From positions 64,001 to 128,000 of the forward strand of contig CAWBAT010000007.1 of the NCBI GenBank assembly GCA_963786955.1: a stretch of DNA of 64,000 nucleotides, read 5' to 3'. This DNA is from an uncultured Acidimicrobiia bacterium (GTDB lineage: Bacteria; Acidobacteriota; Terriglobia; Versatilivoradales; Versatilivoraceae). The first letter of the stretch is position 1. Each line of letters opens with the position of its first letter. Position numbers and translations under genes: made by a program. The notes beneath the pieces were generated by a model. The model saw nothing but the letters and a program-made list of their open reading frames with translations. It was not told the origin of the DNA and did not search any database. Positions 54,201-62,718 of the stretch are shown here, piece by piece.

Positions 54201-55333
54201 GGTTTGATTGGAACAATCAGTCGCTGACGGGCAAGCAGAATCGAGCTGGCATCATTCGAATCCACCGCGGCACTGGTATGCGGCTCGATAGGGAATACTC
54301 CCTTGCGGTCATTAATGAGGACCTTCATGCGACGAGGTGCGCCCGAAAGAAAAATGAAGTCAGCCACAAATTGATAAGAGTCTTGAAGATTCCCATCGAG
54401 GTCGAACGCGATCGTATAAGGTTTTTCGATGGAAGGGGCATTCGGCTCGAATCCAATCGAGCCACCTTGATGAGCTGGGAAATCCTTTTCCGGGACACTT
54501 TTCCCTACTGTAAATGTAAGACTCTCGCGTGAGCCGGGAGCAAATTCAATAGACGACCCGTCTGATTTCCCAATACTCCATACAGTGCCCACTGGTTCAG
54601 CAGACCCGAAAAGATTTGATCCACTTGGCTGCGAGCCTCGAAAAATTATGACCAGCAGGAAAAACAGGATGGTGCCCATAGCCCCCCAATAAGCAGACCT
54701 TTGAAGGACAAGGACCTTTCTGCGTTCGATGATGAAAATGCCCGCCCCTAGCGCAATGATCACCCATAAAAGGGTGCTTGATGAATCGGATGGGGACAGT
54801 CGTCCCCATGAGAAGTAAGTAGAGGCGGATCTGCGATCCGCTGCCTCGAAAGTAGTGTTGTGAGATTGACCATCGAGAATGACGGATCTCCTATGATCCT
54901 GGTCACCAAAGGAGACCTGTGTCAAATGGCCGCCCCTGGTAATTTCCGGTAATCGCGAGTCAATTAAGACCTTTGACCACCGGGCATCTCCACGGTAGTG
55001 AGCGCGCAGAATCAGGTGGTGGTCAATTAAAGAGAGGATGGCCCCTGAGATTTCAGGGAGCAGGACCTTCCTATTGCTCCGGAGTTCAATACTTTCGAGT
55101 ATTCTCTGCAGAATGACTGTCCGATGTTGATCCAGTTCGGCGGATTCCAGCGCGCCATTGTGATTTGCGTCGATTTCGGGAAAAAAACTCAAATCAAAAG
55201 GGTTGAGAAGCAACTCCAAGTGCACATAGTTCGCATCTGGCACGAGAGTCAGATAGCTAACCGGAAGAGTATGGCCACTCACCCAAGAGGAAAAGCCGAG
55301 TACCCATAAAAGGGTTATTTTGATTTTCTTCAC
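51203..55333 (-). CDS. Fusion: exported His-start/EF-hand-like domain + two TM helices + PL4-III-like module + GH38-like catalytic region
   Basis: Signal peptide then HTLPVSY; DANHNGALESAEL; TM segments around aa 190-235; KVHNDVGY, TDAPSH, YDEHTWG, YVMNNYWFTNY; ATGA overlap with the next gene. Confidence 0.82.
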   Translation of the reverse strand: MKKIKITLLWVLGFSSWVSGHTLPVSYLTLVPDANYVHLELLLNPFDLSFFPEIDANHNGALESAELDQHRTVILQRILESIELRSNRKVLLPEISGAILSLIDHHLILRAHYRGDARWSKVLIDSRLPEITRGGHLTQVSFGDQDHRRSVILDGQSHNTTFEAADRRSASTYFSWGRLSPSDSSSTLLWVIIALGAGIFIIERRKVLVLQRSAYWGAMGTILFFLLVIIFRGSQPSGSNLFGSAEPVGTVWSIGKSDGSSIEFAPGSRESLTFTVGKSVPEKDFPAHQGGSIGFEPNAPSIEKPYTIAFDLDGNLQDSYQFVADFIFLSGAPRRMKVLINDRKGVFPIEPHTSAAVDSNDASSILLARQRLIVPIKPSWLNPKSNQITLIPVGIGSLDYDALALRKATSDGIEKVSGISLEPTVFYREKGGNLFEVCKLRIPFDRPFKKGTATVQLGEVRLQQQLTPPGDDFGVVIENLEVPALYQPASAEIKIELDGKSQQASHSFTPAKQWKVYICPKVHNDVGYTDVQPHVNELDTRNTDTVLDILEKFPFFKFNFETAWLVDNYLDTRPPQYRKLFLNWAAKGRAAINAFYLNLMTGICSGEELYRAMYFTQSLHREHGSNFDFACLTDAPSHSWFLPTLLNDVGIKAFSNGSNQTRAPILQLSSLNEDSPFYWEGMNGERIMMWYARSYSQWKRLTGPGYLEAVASYEYLKTSVPQFLLRYLREDYPLDAVMVYGAYVDNAAIPKTAEAPLIEQWNREFQYPKLVVATDADYFQYIQKHYPDRLKVYRGDAGAYWEDGAASTAKATTLNRHSQQILPLAETLSGLATLFEPRFRYPAEDFRAAWKNVMFYDEHTWGAYSSILQPDREFVTRQWEIKETYATRANLDARNLLARSLNRLCQQMAVEGDTIFAFNLHNEKRSAPVEVELDKARYVVDLATQQPIPLDVVFEKDGWRKVRFMAVDVPAFGYKGYALRSLEKVPPTSAENLKLTGNTIESPYYRLTVDNRNGSIKSLFDKAANREMVDSSAAYGLNQYLYVSGGQDTRLIDNVYGRAIANLAIDSPTSAEVLEITKTPFGQRLVVETSAKNTPHLRTEYIVYDAIKRVDISNVVTRTETRAKEAIYFAYPFSSGKPFFEYQIQNGWVRPNEDQLPGACREWFTTQNLVHVKDGDYSIAWSTPDAPLITLTDINRGKWPKQLEINNGHVFSYVMNNYWFTNYKAAQGGDFQFRYSLTSGSSIAREQLSRFDADTRTPVLAYPLLSTFSANVENTDRPVSATSGSFMRQESENLQLVVIKAAEDGDGYIFRFRETAGKSGQAELSLPTIRVNEAYLCNGVEVNKEQLLSTANTVRFPYKANAYVTLRLRADGAQRK

Positions 55334-55453
55334 GTAAGTGTCTCAACAAGGAAATAGCTATTATTGGTGATAAAATGTGACGTAAATTTCGAAATCATCG
55401 TTCCATGCAGCAATCTATAATGATTTCTCCTTCCAGGGACTTTGACTTCTAGC

Positions 55454-55846
55454 CTAAATTTCAGAAATTGTTTTGCTCTTTAACAGTGTGACCCAAATTT
55501 CTCGAACCTTTTGCCAATCGTCATGGAAAGGACAGAGAGCCTCAGAAGGGCATGATCCTCGGCCGAGGACGCAGGTATCGAAATCGGGATCGGTCTCCAG
55601 GGAGTGGACAATGTCCCACAGAGTGATTGTGTCGGGCGAGCGGTTTAGCTCATATCCTCCATGAATCCCTTTCACAGACCGGAGCAGACGATGACGACGC
55701 AACTCACCCAGAACCTTCCGAAGAAACACTGGCGGAATTTGTTCGTGCGAAGCAATCTCTTCTAGACCGCAACGACGATTCTTAGGCTGATTGGCCAAGT
55801 AAGCCAACGCCAATATGCCGTATCCAGTTGCTTTAGAGAGGATCAT
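55454..55846 (-). CDS. Rrf2-family transcriptional regulator with three Cys (likely Fe-S)
   Basis: SVKGIHGGY; CVLGRGSCPSEALCPFH. Confidence 0.92.
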   Translation of the reverse strand: MILSKATGYGILALAYLANQPKNRRCGLEEIASHEQIPPVFLRKVLGELRRHRLLRSVKGIHGGYELNRSPDTITLWDIVHSLETDPDFDTCVLGRGSCPSEALCPFHDDWQKVREIWVTLLKSKTISEI

Positions 55847-55952
55847 GAGGAAACCATACTTGTGTACCCTTTTGTCCTTAATGAATGATTGATTTAAAGT
55901 CTTCTGAAGAACAATAATTAGAGAGCATTAATTTTCTGATGAAGAGGCATCA

Positions 55953-56615
55953 ATGCGATTCGGCGAGATCAAACAGATGGTGGAGAGTACATCCGATGCA
56001 GCTTTTGTGGTGGATGCTTCCGGACTGATCGTTGCGTGGAATCATGCAGCTGAAGGGATGTTCGAAAAACCGGCTGCCGATGTGATGGGTAAACCTTGCG
56101 GGCAGATTCTTCAAGGGGCCAATGAACGTGGACCGGTCTGCTCTCGCGACTGCACGATTCAGCAGGCGGTGCGGAAGCATCACCCGGTCCACAATTTTGA
56201 CCTACAAGTCAAAACTTCGAAGGGTGTCGAGTGGTGCAACGTTTCGGTACTGGTGGCAGAAGAGATGTATCCTTCGGGGCCGTATTCAATTCACATTGTT
56301 CGTTCGATTGATACGGGCAAACGGCTGGAGATTCTTCTCCGTGATTTCGCGCAAGTCCAGTCTCATTCGGAAGGTGGAATGGAGAATCTTGGACTGAACT
56401 TGAACCGGTCACCGGTTGTGGAGACGAATCTGACAAAACGGGAATTGGAAATCCTTCGGGTCCTTGCTAAAGGGGGGACGACATCCAGTATCGCGACCGA
56501 ACTTCACATCAGTCGCACAACCGTCAACAATCACGTGCAGAACATTCTGCGCAAATTGGATGTGCATACTCGCCTGGAAGCCATCCGACGTGCCGAGTAC
56601 GCTGGGCTTATCTAG
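55953..56615 (+). CDS. PAS + LuxR-HTH one-component regulator, Cys-rich PAS
   Basis: DAAFVVD..G.IVAWN.AAE, KPC...VCSRDC, LTKRELEILRVLAKG...HVQNILRKL. Confidence 0.9.
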   Translation: MRFGEIKQMVESTSDAAFVVDASGLIVAWNHAAEGMFEKPAADVMGKPCGQILQGANERGPVCSRDCTIQQAVRKHHPVHNFDLQVKTSKGVEWCNVSVLVAEEMYPSGPYSIHIVRSIDTGKRLEILLRDFAQVQSHSEGGMENLGLNLNRSPVVETNLTKRELEILRVLAKGGTTSSIATELHISRTTVNNHVQNILRKLDVHTRLEAIRRAEYAGLI

Positions 56616-56706
56616 CTTTTGGAGCGCAGGCATCCTGCCCGCTCAGGGAGCGTAAGCATTGTCGAAAAGACCTTACAAACAGAAGCTGTGCGCCGCGGCT
56701 TCGGTA

Positions 56707-57405
56707 TTACTGGCTTCCGCGTTGGGTTGCCGCTTTGCAGGCTTGAAGAAAAGTGGCCGGAGAGACGTAGGTTGGAATATCCCGGGGGGGCTGATCCTTG
56801 GTGAGCAGGAGCACGGTTGGAAAGCCTCTCCCGTTGAATCGGTCGAAAAGGGCCATATCGGGTTTCCCATGTTCCGGGTTGACGCTGACATAAAGAATAC
56901 TATTGAGGTATTGCTTTACTTCCGCCTGACTTAAGACATCGCGCTCCAATCGGGCGCAATAACCACACCAGTCCGCATAAAAGTACAGCACAATGGGTTT
57001 GCCATTTTCTTGCTGCAGGCGCAACGCCTCCTTGTAACCGACTGAGTCTTTATATCGCGAGGAGCGAGCATTCTCCCGGATGCTGGCTTGGGAAGCTGCG
57101 GAAGCATTTTTTGCCTTCGTAGGGGCTGCAGCCGGCACCGGCGCGCCACGAATGACTTCGACCCGAACGGGCTGGTCGCGGGAAGGATCGGCCGGAGTCG
57201 GTTTCTGTTTTTGAATGCGTTTCACGTCGGCACGCGGGATCTTTTGGATGCCGGAGGCATCCTGATACTTCAGATCCTCTCCCTCTTCCCAGGATTTGTC
57301 GACCACGAGAACGGTTCCATTCTTCAGGTAGATGACATCTCCAAAGAGCGCCAATGTACCGGAGAGAACAAGAGACAGACTCAATCCGATCAAAGTTTTC
57401 ATCAC
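56707..57405 (-). CDS. Exported thioredoxin-fold protein
   Basis: Signal peptide; FYADWCGYC; GFPT cis-Pro loop. Confidence 0.85.
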   Translation of the reverse strand: MMKTLIGLSLSLVLSGTLALFGDVIYLKNGTVLVVDKSWEEGEDLKYQDASGIQKIPRADVKRIQKQKPTPADPSRDQPVRVEVIRGAPVPAAAPTKAKNASAASQASIRENARSSRYKDSVGYKEALRLQQENGKPIVLYFYADWCGYCARLERDVLSQAEVKQYLNSILYVSVNPEHGKPDMALFDRFNGRGFPTVLLLTKDQPPRDIPTYVSPATFLQACKAATQRGSQ

Positions 57406-57466
57406 TTCACCTCCATGATTTATCAGGCATTATGGTAATCGAGTTGACGATAATCCAGAGCATGTA

Positions 57467-58255
57467 TTAAGGGCAAAGGCTTCCCAGCTCCGTCTTACTC
57501 TGATCCGATGGTTTCACGCCACGTTCGCGGAGCTTGGAGACAAACTCTGCGAACGAGGCCAGTTCCGCGCGAGTATTCTCTGCGGAGTGCGATACTTCCA
57601 CCTTAAGGTTCCCTCCTGGGAGTGTCCACTCTTCGATCTTAAATCCCTTAAACTGATAACGCATCATCCGCGATGCACACTTCTTCGGGACGGCATGGAG
57701 AGACGGCGGCGGCTGTTGCGCTGTGAGCGTGCAGCTATAAGAATAGACACGGTTGGGCAGCCCGGTTCCTACAAAGGAGAAGTCCACTTCCTCACCTTTC
57801 TCGTAGGGGCTATCATTTGGGCACTCCCACTCCTCACCCAGCGGCTGAGTTCGACGATACTTCAATCGGATCTCCGTTTTGCCTCCCGCCTTACGGCGTT
57901 GTCTGAGAATCGTGGTTGAATCCGGGGGAGCATTCGAAGGTGGTTTGAGATCATAGTATCGAACCTCGAAAGCCTCTCCAGTCTTTTGGGGTGCGTTGAA
58001 GAATGCCAGAACCTCCTGGGCGTTTGCGAACCCTCCTTCAGAAGGGTTCCAGCGCACCGCATATTCTGCCCGGGCAGGCTCCCGCGCACCTGACTCCGAG
58101 CTAACGGGATCACTGGGTGGGGAATCGCTTTTGGCTGAGGCCGAAAATTCCGAAGAGGAAGCGGCTGCCGGTCCCTTCTCAATGCTGGCTGGCTGGTTGC
58201 ACCCAATCATTAAAAAGATGGCCGCGAGATTCCATATCCGGATCACTAGAATCAT
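57467..58255 (-). CDS. Hypothetical lipoprotein, possibly CYTH-like fold
   Basis: Lipobox LMIGC; EYAVRW, EVRYYD, ILRQRRK, EIRLKYR, IEEW, EVS. Confidence 0.55.
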   Translation of the reverse strand: MILVIRIWNLAAIFLMIGCNQPASIEKGPAAASSSEFSASAKSDSPPSDPVSSESGAREPARAEYAVRWNPSEGGFANAQEVLAFFNAPQKTGEAFEVRYYDLKPPSNAPPDSTTILRQRRKAGGKTEIRLKYRRTQPLGEEWECPNDSPYEKGEEVDFSFVGTGLPNRVYSYSCTLTAQQPPPSLHAVPKKCASRMMRYQFKGFKIEEWTLPGGNLKVEVSHSAENTRAELASFAEFVSKLRERGVKPSDQSKTELGSLCP

Positions 58256-58884
58256 GTTGCGACCTCGGAAACACCATCGAAGAAATCCACAACGCCGGTC
58301 TCGAGCGAGTATTCTGCCCCGACCACGAGAAGGCCCTGCTTTTCAATCAACTGCTCGAGGACCTGCGATCCGCTGCGCAAATGGTTCGTCGAAGCCCGCA
58401 CGTTTGCTTGCACGGCTTGCTTCATGAGCGCATCCAAATCATTAGCAAGATCGGTTGCGAGCAAGGCTTCCACGGATGGTCGGATGCGATTGACGATCGA
58501 CAGCAAGTTACGGGACTGTTTGTCTGTTGGCCGCTGAAGTTCTTCCAGCGTAGCCTGGATGGCGCCACATTGGGAATGCCCCAGCACGACGACCAGTCGA
58601 GTACCAAACCGTTCTGCGGCAAACTCGACACTGCCGACTTGTGAGGGAGCGACGACGTTGCCGGCAACGCGGATGACGAATAGGTCGCCGAGACCTTGAT
58701 CAAATACGATCTCTGCAGGCACTCGCGAGTCAGAGCATCCCAGGATAATCGCAAACGGATACTGCCCGGTTGTGAGCTCTCTCCTTCGGGAATCGCTCAA
58801 TTGGTCGTTGCGGCTCCGAACGTTCATCACGAATCGTCGATTCCCTTCTCGGAGTCGTTCGAGTGCCTCGTGCCCTGGTAACAT
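58252..58884 (-). CDS. Beta-class carbonic anhydrase
   Basis: GCSDSRV, GDLFVIRVAGN, GHSQCGA; start likely MLPGHEAL. Confidence 0.93.
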   Translation of the reverse strand: MLPGHEALERLREGNRRFVMNVRSRNDQLSDSRRRELTTGQYPFAIILGCSDSRVPAEIVFDQGLGDLFVIRVAGNVVAPSQVGSVEFAAERFGTRLVVVLGHSQCGAIQATLEELQRPTDKQSRNLLSIVNRIRPSVEALLATDLANDLDALMKQAVQANVRASTNHLRSGSQVLEQLIEKQGLLVVGAEYSLETGVVDFFDGVSEVAT

Positions 58885-59047
58885 TGAATAGTCTTCTCCG
58901 GCTTCTGTTCCCACTCGTCTGCCGAGCTGTGAAAAAAATCTGTATTCTGGAAACTCAGGCTTCCCGGCCCAGGGAACGGCAATCGAGGGCAGGGAGACAT
59001 TTCATCTAATTCTCATGTTTTTAATCTTCAGCCAATCAAAGATTATT

Positions 59048-59842
59048 TTACTTCATGATAATTCCTTGCCCAGTGGGCATCGATAATACGTCGGCGCCTA
59101 CCCTTTCGGCCACAGTATCAATTGCATTGGTTTGTTGTTCATATCCGAAATAGGCATAGTCGTCTAACAGCACGATTGCCCCGGGCGAGAGGCGGTCCCA
59201 AAAGAACTGGAGCGCAGCCTGCTCGGGATAGGCGCAATTCATATCAATATGCAGGAACGCCACCTGACTAGTCGAGATTACGGGAAGAATCTCAGGCACA
59301 ATGCCTTGGATGAGGATAGCGCGCGGCCACTCGGCGAAATTCTGACGTACCCTTGCAAGGTCCGTAACATAGGCGCCCGCAGCCAATGCATCTTCGGCCA
59401 CCCGTCGCCGGCCTCGCTCGACTTCGACCGGGTCATATTGATCCAGGGGAGGGCCATTAAAGGTGTCGACGAGATAAAACCGCCTTCCAACCATGTTCCA
59501 ATCAAGATGCTGCATGATGGCGGAACTGATAAATCCTGAGTTGACTCCACATTCAACGAAATCTCCTGGAACTCGCAGGCACATTTTGGCTGCCCACAAT
59601 GCGACGTGCACGCGCCACTCGAATGCCGAGTCCACGCCATTCGAAGCCGCTATGCCACGTTGATATGCGGCGCGGAAGCTGGGAGCACGCCGGAAGTGAT
59701 CATTGTGGATAGTGATCAAACCATCTTGGTCGTAGCGTGCTGGTTCAGAGTGTTCTTGTTCAGCGGGTGGGGGAATCCTCGACACATGAATTCCTGCAGT
59801 AGCAAACCCTTTTTTCAATAGATCTTTGAGCCACCTAGTCAT
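59048..59842 (-). CDS. TylF/MycF-family O-methyltransferase
   Basis: PGDFVECGV, DTFNG, FLHIDMN, LLDDY. Confidence 0.85.
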   Translation of the reverse strand: MTRWLKDLLKKGFATAGIHVSRIPPPAEQEHSEPARYDQDGLITIHNDHFRRAPSFRAAYQRGIAASNGVDSAFEWRVHVALWAAKMCLRVPGDFVECGVNSGFISSAIMQHLDWNMVGRRFYLVDTFNGPPLDQYDPVEVERGRRRVAEDALAAGAYVTDLARVRQNFAEWPRAILIQGIVPEILPVISTSQVAFLHIDMNCAYPEQAALQFFWDRLSPGAIVLLDDYAYFGYEQQTNAIDTVAERVGADVLSMPTGQGIIMK

Positions 59843-59888
59843 TTTGCTGTCGTCCTCCGACTCCTTCTGTTAATAGCAAGCTGCCTTA

Positions 59889-60031
59889 GTACTGCTATTC
59901 GTAATTACAGTGACGTATCTTAGGATAGGCGCCGCGTGAGGTTGGGGCTTTGAGAAAGCCCCAAGCCTACAAAGTTGTAGGCCGGGTCACTGACCCGGCG
60001 TTAATGTCACCGTATTTATGAAAAGCAGTAC
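59889..60031. mobile_element. 143-bp MITE-like element with 26-bp terminal IRs, TTA flanks and two internal GTAG-REP-like palindromes
   Basis: GTACTGCTATTCGTAATTACAGTGAC versus reverse complement of the right end GTACTGCTTTTCATAAATACGGTGAC (22/26); TTA at 59886-59888 and 60032-60034. Confidence 0.7.
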
Positions 60032-60057
60032 TTAGCGAACACTTTGGATAGCATTTC

Positions 60058-60381
60058 CTAACGCATGGGGAGCACCCGCATAATGATGTCTAATTTCTCG
60101 CGGCCGATACCCGACAGATCATTCTCCGTGAGCCAACCTTCATTAACAAGACGAGCGAAAACCAGCAAGAGCATGGAGTAACGATAGTCATATTTCCTGT
60201 CAATTTCACGCTGTTTCTCTGACAAGTAGTCCTGCAGGTCCCAAATGGCGAAATCGTCTTGCATGTTCTTTACCATGACAATGGCCTTTTCTTTTATCGC
60301 CTTCATTTCCCGAGCTAGCGCCAGATCAAATGCAGCCCGGGCAGCTTTTTTCTCGGTGGGTGACCATGAATACCCCTGCAT
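60058..60381 (-). CDS. Fluorescence recovery protein (FRP)-like protein
   Basis: WS..EK..A..AF..A..RE, IWDL..YLS.K..EID.KYDYRYS.L..VFA.L..EGW....DL. Confidence 0.8.
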   Translation of the reverse strand: MQGYSWSPTEKKAARAAFDLALAREMKAIKEKAIVMVKNMQDDFAIWDLQDYLSEKQREIDRKYDYRYSMLLLVFARLVNEGWLTENDLSGIGREKLDIIMRVLPMR

Positions 60382-60556
60382 CTAAATACCCTCCTTTTTT
60401 CGCTGCTGATTTTAGAGATCCTTCGTAAAAGAGTTCAGCCTGCTAAGCACAATTCTTCTCAAGCGCCATGATCAACTCAACGGTATCGAGTGAGTCCATG
60501 ATCTAGCCCCCTGACCCCCAAAGCAATGTTGAAGATGTGAGAACCTGTTTGTGGTT

Positions 60557-61177
60557 TCAACGCGGTGTCGCCACCCCTGCAACTATTGGCTGAATCCATG
60601 GTGCGCCCAGAGCGAGGCGGTCGCTTTCCTGGAAATAGAAGCCACCCCGGCTGATGGTACCTAGAGTCTCTCGATTGGGATGGCAGTTGGCGGCAATTCG
60701 GCGCCACACCGGTGTGATCAGATCCTGGACCCAGGCTCGCCGTGGCTGTTCCGCGCGCAAGTGTTCAATGAGAAGTACTGTCCCCAGCGGCTTGAGTACC
60801 CGGCGCCACTCTCTTATGGCTGCGTCGGGATCGTCGACTGAACATAAGACCAGCGTTGATACGATCGTATCGATCGACTGGTTCGAAACAGGCAATGATT
60901 CGGCTGTGCCTGCGGTTAAGGCGATTGTGGTGCCAACTGCCGCAACCCGAGCCTCTGCCCGCCTCCGCATGTATGGGTCCGGTTCCACCGCGATGATTTC
61001 GGTAATTGCGGATGATGAGTAGTGAGGAAAATTCCTCCCCGTTCCAGCCCCGACCTCCAGGACCTTGCCCTGTGCGGTCCCCAGTAATCTGGCCCGCAGA
61101 GCTGCGAGGAATGCGCGTTCAGTCGATTCCACTAAACGATCGTAAATGGCTGCGGTGATCGGGTGTGAATGTCTCAT
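60557..61177 (-). CDS. Class I SAM-dependent methyltransferase
   Basis: VLEVGAGTG, LVLCSV, RRVLKP.G, CHPNR. Confidence 0.9.
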   Translation of the reverse strand: MRHSHPITAAIYDRLVESTERAFLAALRARLLGTAQGKVLEVGAGTGRNFPHYSSSAITEIIAVEPDPYMRRRAEARVAAVGTTIALTAGTAESLPVSNQSIDTIVSTLVLCSVDDPDAAIREWRRVLKPLGTVLLIEHLRAEQPRRAWVQDLITPVWRRIAANCHPNRETLGTISRGGFYFQESDRLALGAPWIQPIVAGVATPR

Positions 61178-61710
61178 AGGTCAGCGTCTTCCAAAAACGA
61201 AAAACGAATTGAAAAACAATTCGCCTTAGCTAATCGCTTGTGATTCAGGCGTTCTTACCCCCCCCTCAAGTCCCCCCTTGGAAAAGGGGGGACGATCTAA
61301 AGGATCATCCGCGGTAAATTTTCTACTTCGGCGCTGCGTACTCCCTTTAAGATAAGTAGGGGACGATTTCGGGCTTGTTCAGGCTTGTATCAGATTTGCC
61401 GGGAGCAACTTCTTGGCCACAGCTGGCGATTTTCTGATTCGATCCTTAATGTCCACTGCCGTCACGTGCCCAGCAAACAAATATTCCGTGTGAGCCGGAG
61501 AACAAGGAAAGCCTATCGGGCGCCCCGAATGATGTCAAGTCATGCAACCTATCCATTCACGCTGATACAGATTCAATCTACCTTTCATAGACATCGAGGG
61601 ACTCTCTCGCTCCCTTTTCAAAAACCGGGCAACGCTTCCATTTCCTCAATCTTCGAGACATGGTACATTTGCCATATGGATCCCATCCCTCTCAACCCCA
61701 ATCTTTTTCA

Positions 61711-62718
61711 ATGAGCCCTCTCATCCAGGTTGACCCCCTTCACCCTCAGGCCGAGCTTATTTCCCAGGCAGCTCGAATCTTGCACGCCGGAGGTCTCGTT
61801 GCCTTTCCCACAGAAACTGTCTATGGGCTGGGCGCCAATGCCCTTGAAGCGAATGCCGTCGAAAAAATCTTCAAGGTGAAGAGACGGCCCAGTTATAACC
61901 CTTTGATCGTCCATGTCAATGACGTTGCGGCCGCACTGCCATTGGTACGAAGATGGCCAGCCGATGCTGAAAAACTTGGAGATGCCTTCTGGCCGGGACC
62001 TTTGACGATGGTATTACCGAAGCGAAAGGAAGTCCCGAATATTGTGACTGCCGGACTGGACTCAGTGGCATTGCGAGTGCCGGCTCACCCGGTGGCACTC
62101 GCATTACTGGAACTTTCAAAGCTACCCGTGGCTGCTCCCAGCGCCAACCGTTCGACGCAACTTTCACCTACAACCGCACAGCATGTTGAGAAATCTCTGG
62201 GTGATGAAGTCGACATCATTCTGGATGGTGGAGCAACTATTTTGGGAATCGAGTCCACGGTTGTTGACTTGACCGGAAATCGACCGGTGCTTTTGCGTCC
62301 GGGAATCATTTCTTGCGAAGAACTGCAGTCGATCCTTGGCGACATCGATGTTCCGGAAAAAACCATTCAAGAGAGTGCTCCGAGGCTCTCGCCAGGCATG
62401 CTGGACCGCCACTATGCGCCTCACGCGTCGATGGCTTTGTTCGACCCAGAGAAGCTCGGTGGAGTCCGAGATATTATCGAAAAAGAACTGGCCAAGGGAG
62501 GAATTGTGGGCGCTCTTCTGTTGACTTCATTTGATCTTCCTCTCCAGCACCCCATTCCGATGCCACTTAACCCCCTCAGTTATGCCCGGCTGCTTTATGC
62601 TTCGTTACATTCACTCGACGATTTGGGGTGCACGCAGATTCTGGTTGAGAAGATTCCGAATGGGCCAGCCTGGGCAGCCATCAGCGACCGGCTGAAGAGA
62701 GCTTCGCGACAGGGGTGA
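61711..62718 (+). CDS. sua5: L-threonylcarbamoyladenylate synthase (Sua5 type, with C-terminal domain)
   Basis: AFPTETVYGLGA, KRRPSYNPLIVH, FWPGPLT, APSAN, SPGML.RHYAP. Confidence 0.95.
   Translation: MSPLIQVDPLHPQAELISQAARILHAGGLVAFPTETVYGLGANALEANAVEKIFKVKRRPSYNPLIVHVNDVAAALPLVRRWPADAEKLGDAFWPGPLTMVLPKRKEVPNIVTAGLDSVALRVPAHPVALALLELSKLPVAAPSANRSTQLSPTTAQHVEKSLGDEVDIILDGGATILGIESTVVDLTGNRPVLLRPGIISCEELQSILGDIDVPEKTIQESAPRLSPGMLDRHYAPHASMALFDPEKLGGVRDIIEKELAKGGIVGALLLTSFDLPLQHPIPMPLNPLSYARLLYASLHSLDDLGCTQILVEKIPNGPAWAAISDRLKRASRQG

Noticed and set aside
55857-55885. Rrf2 operator (AAGGACAAAAGGGTAC on the minus strand)
   Set aside because: Weak palindrome with no second copy found to support it.
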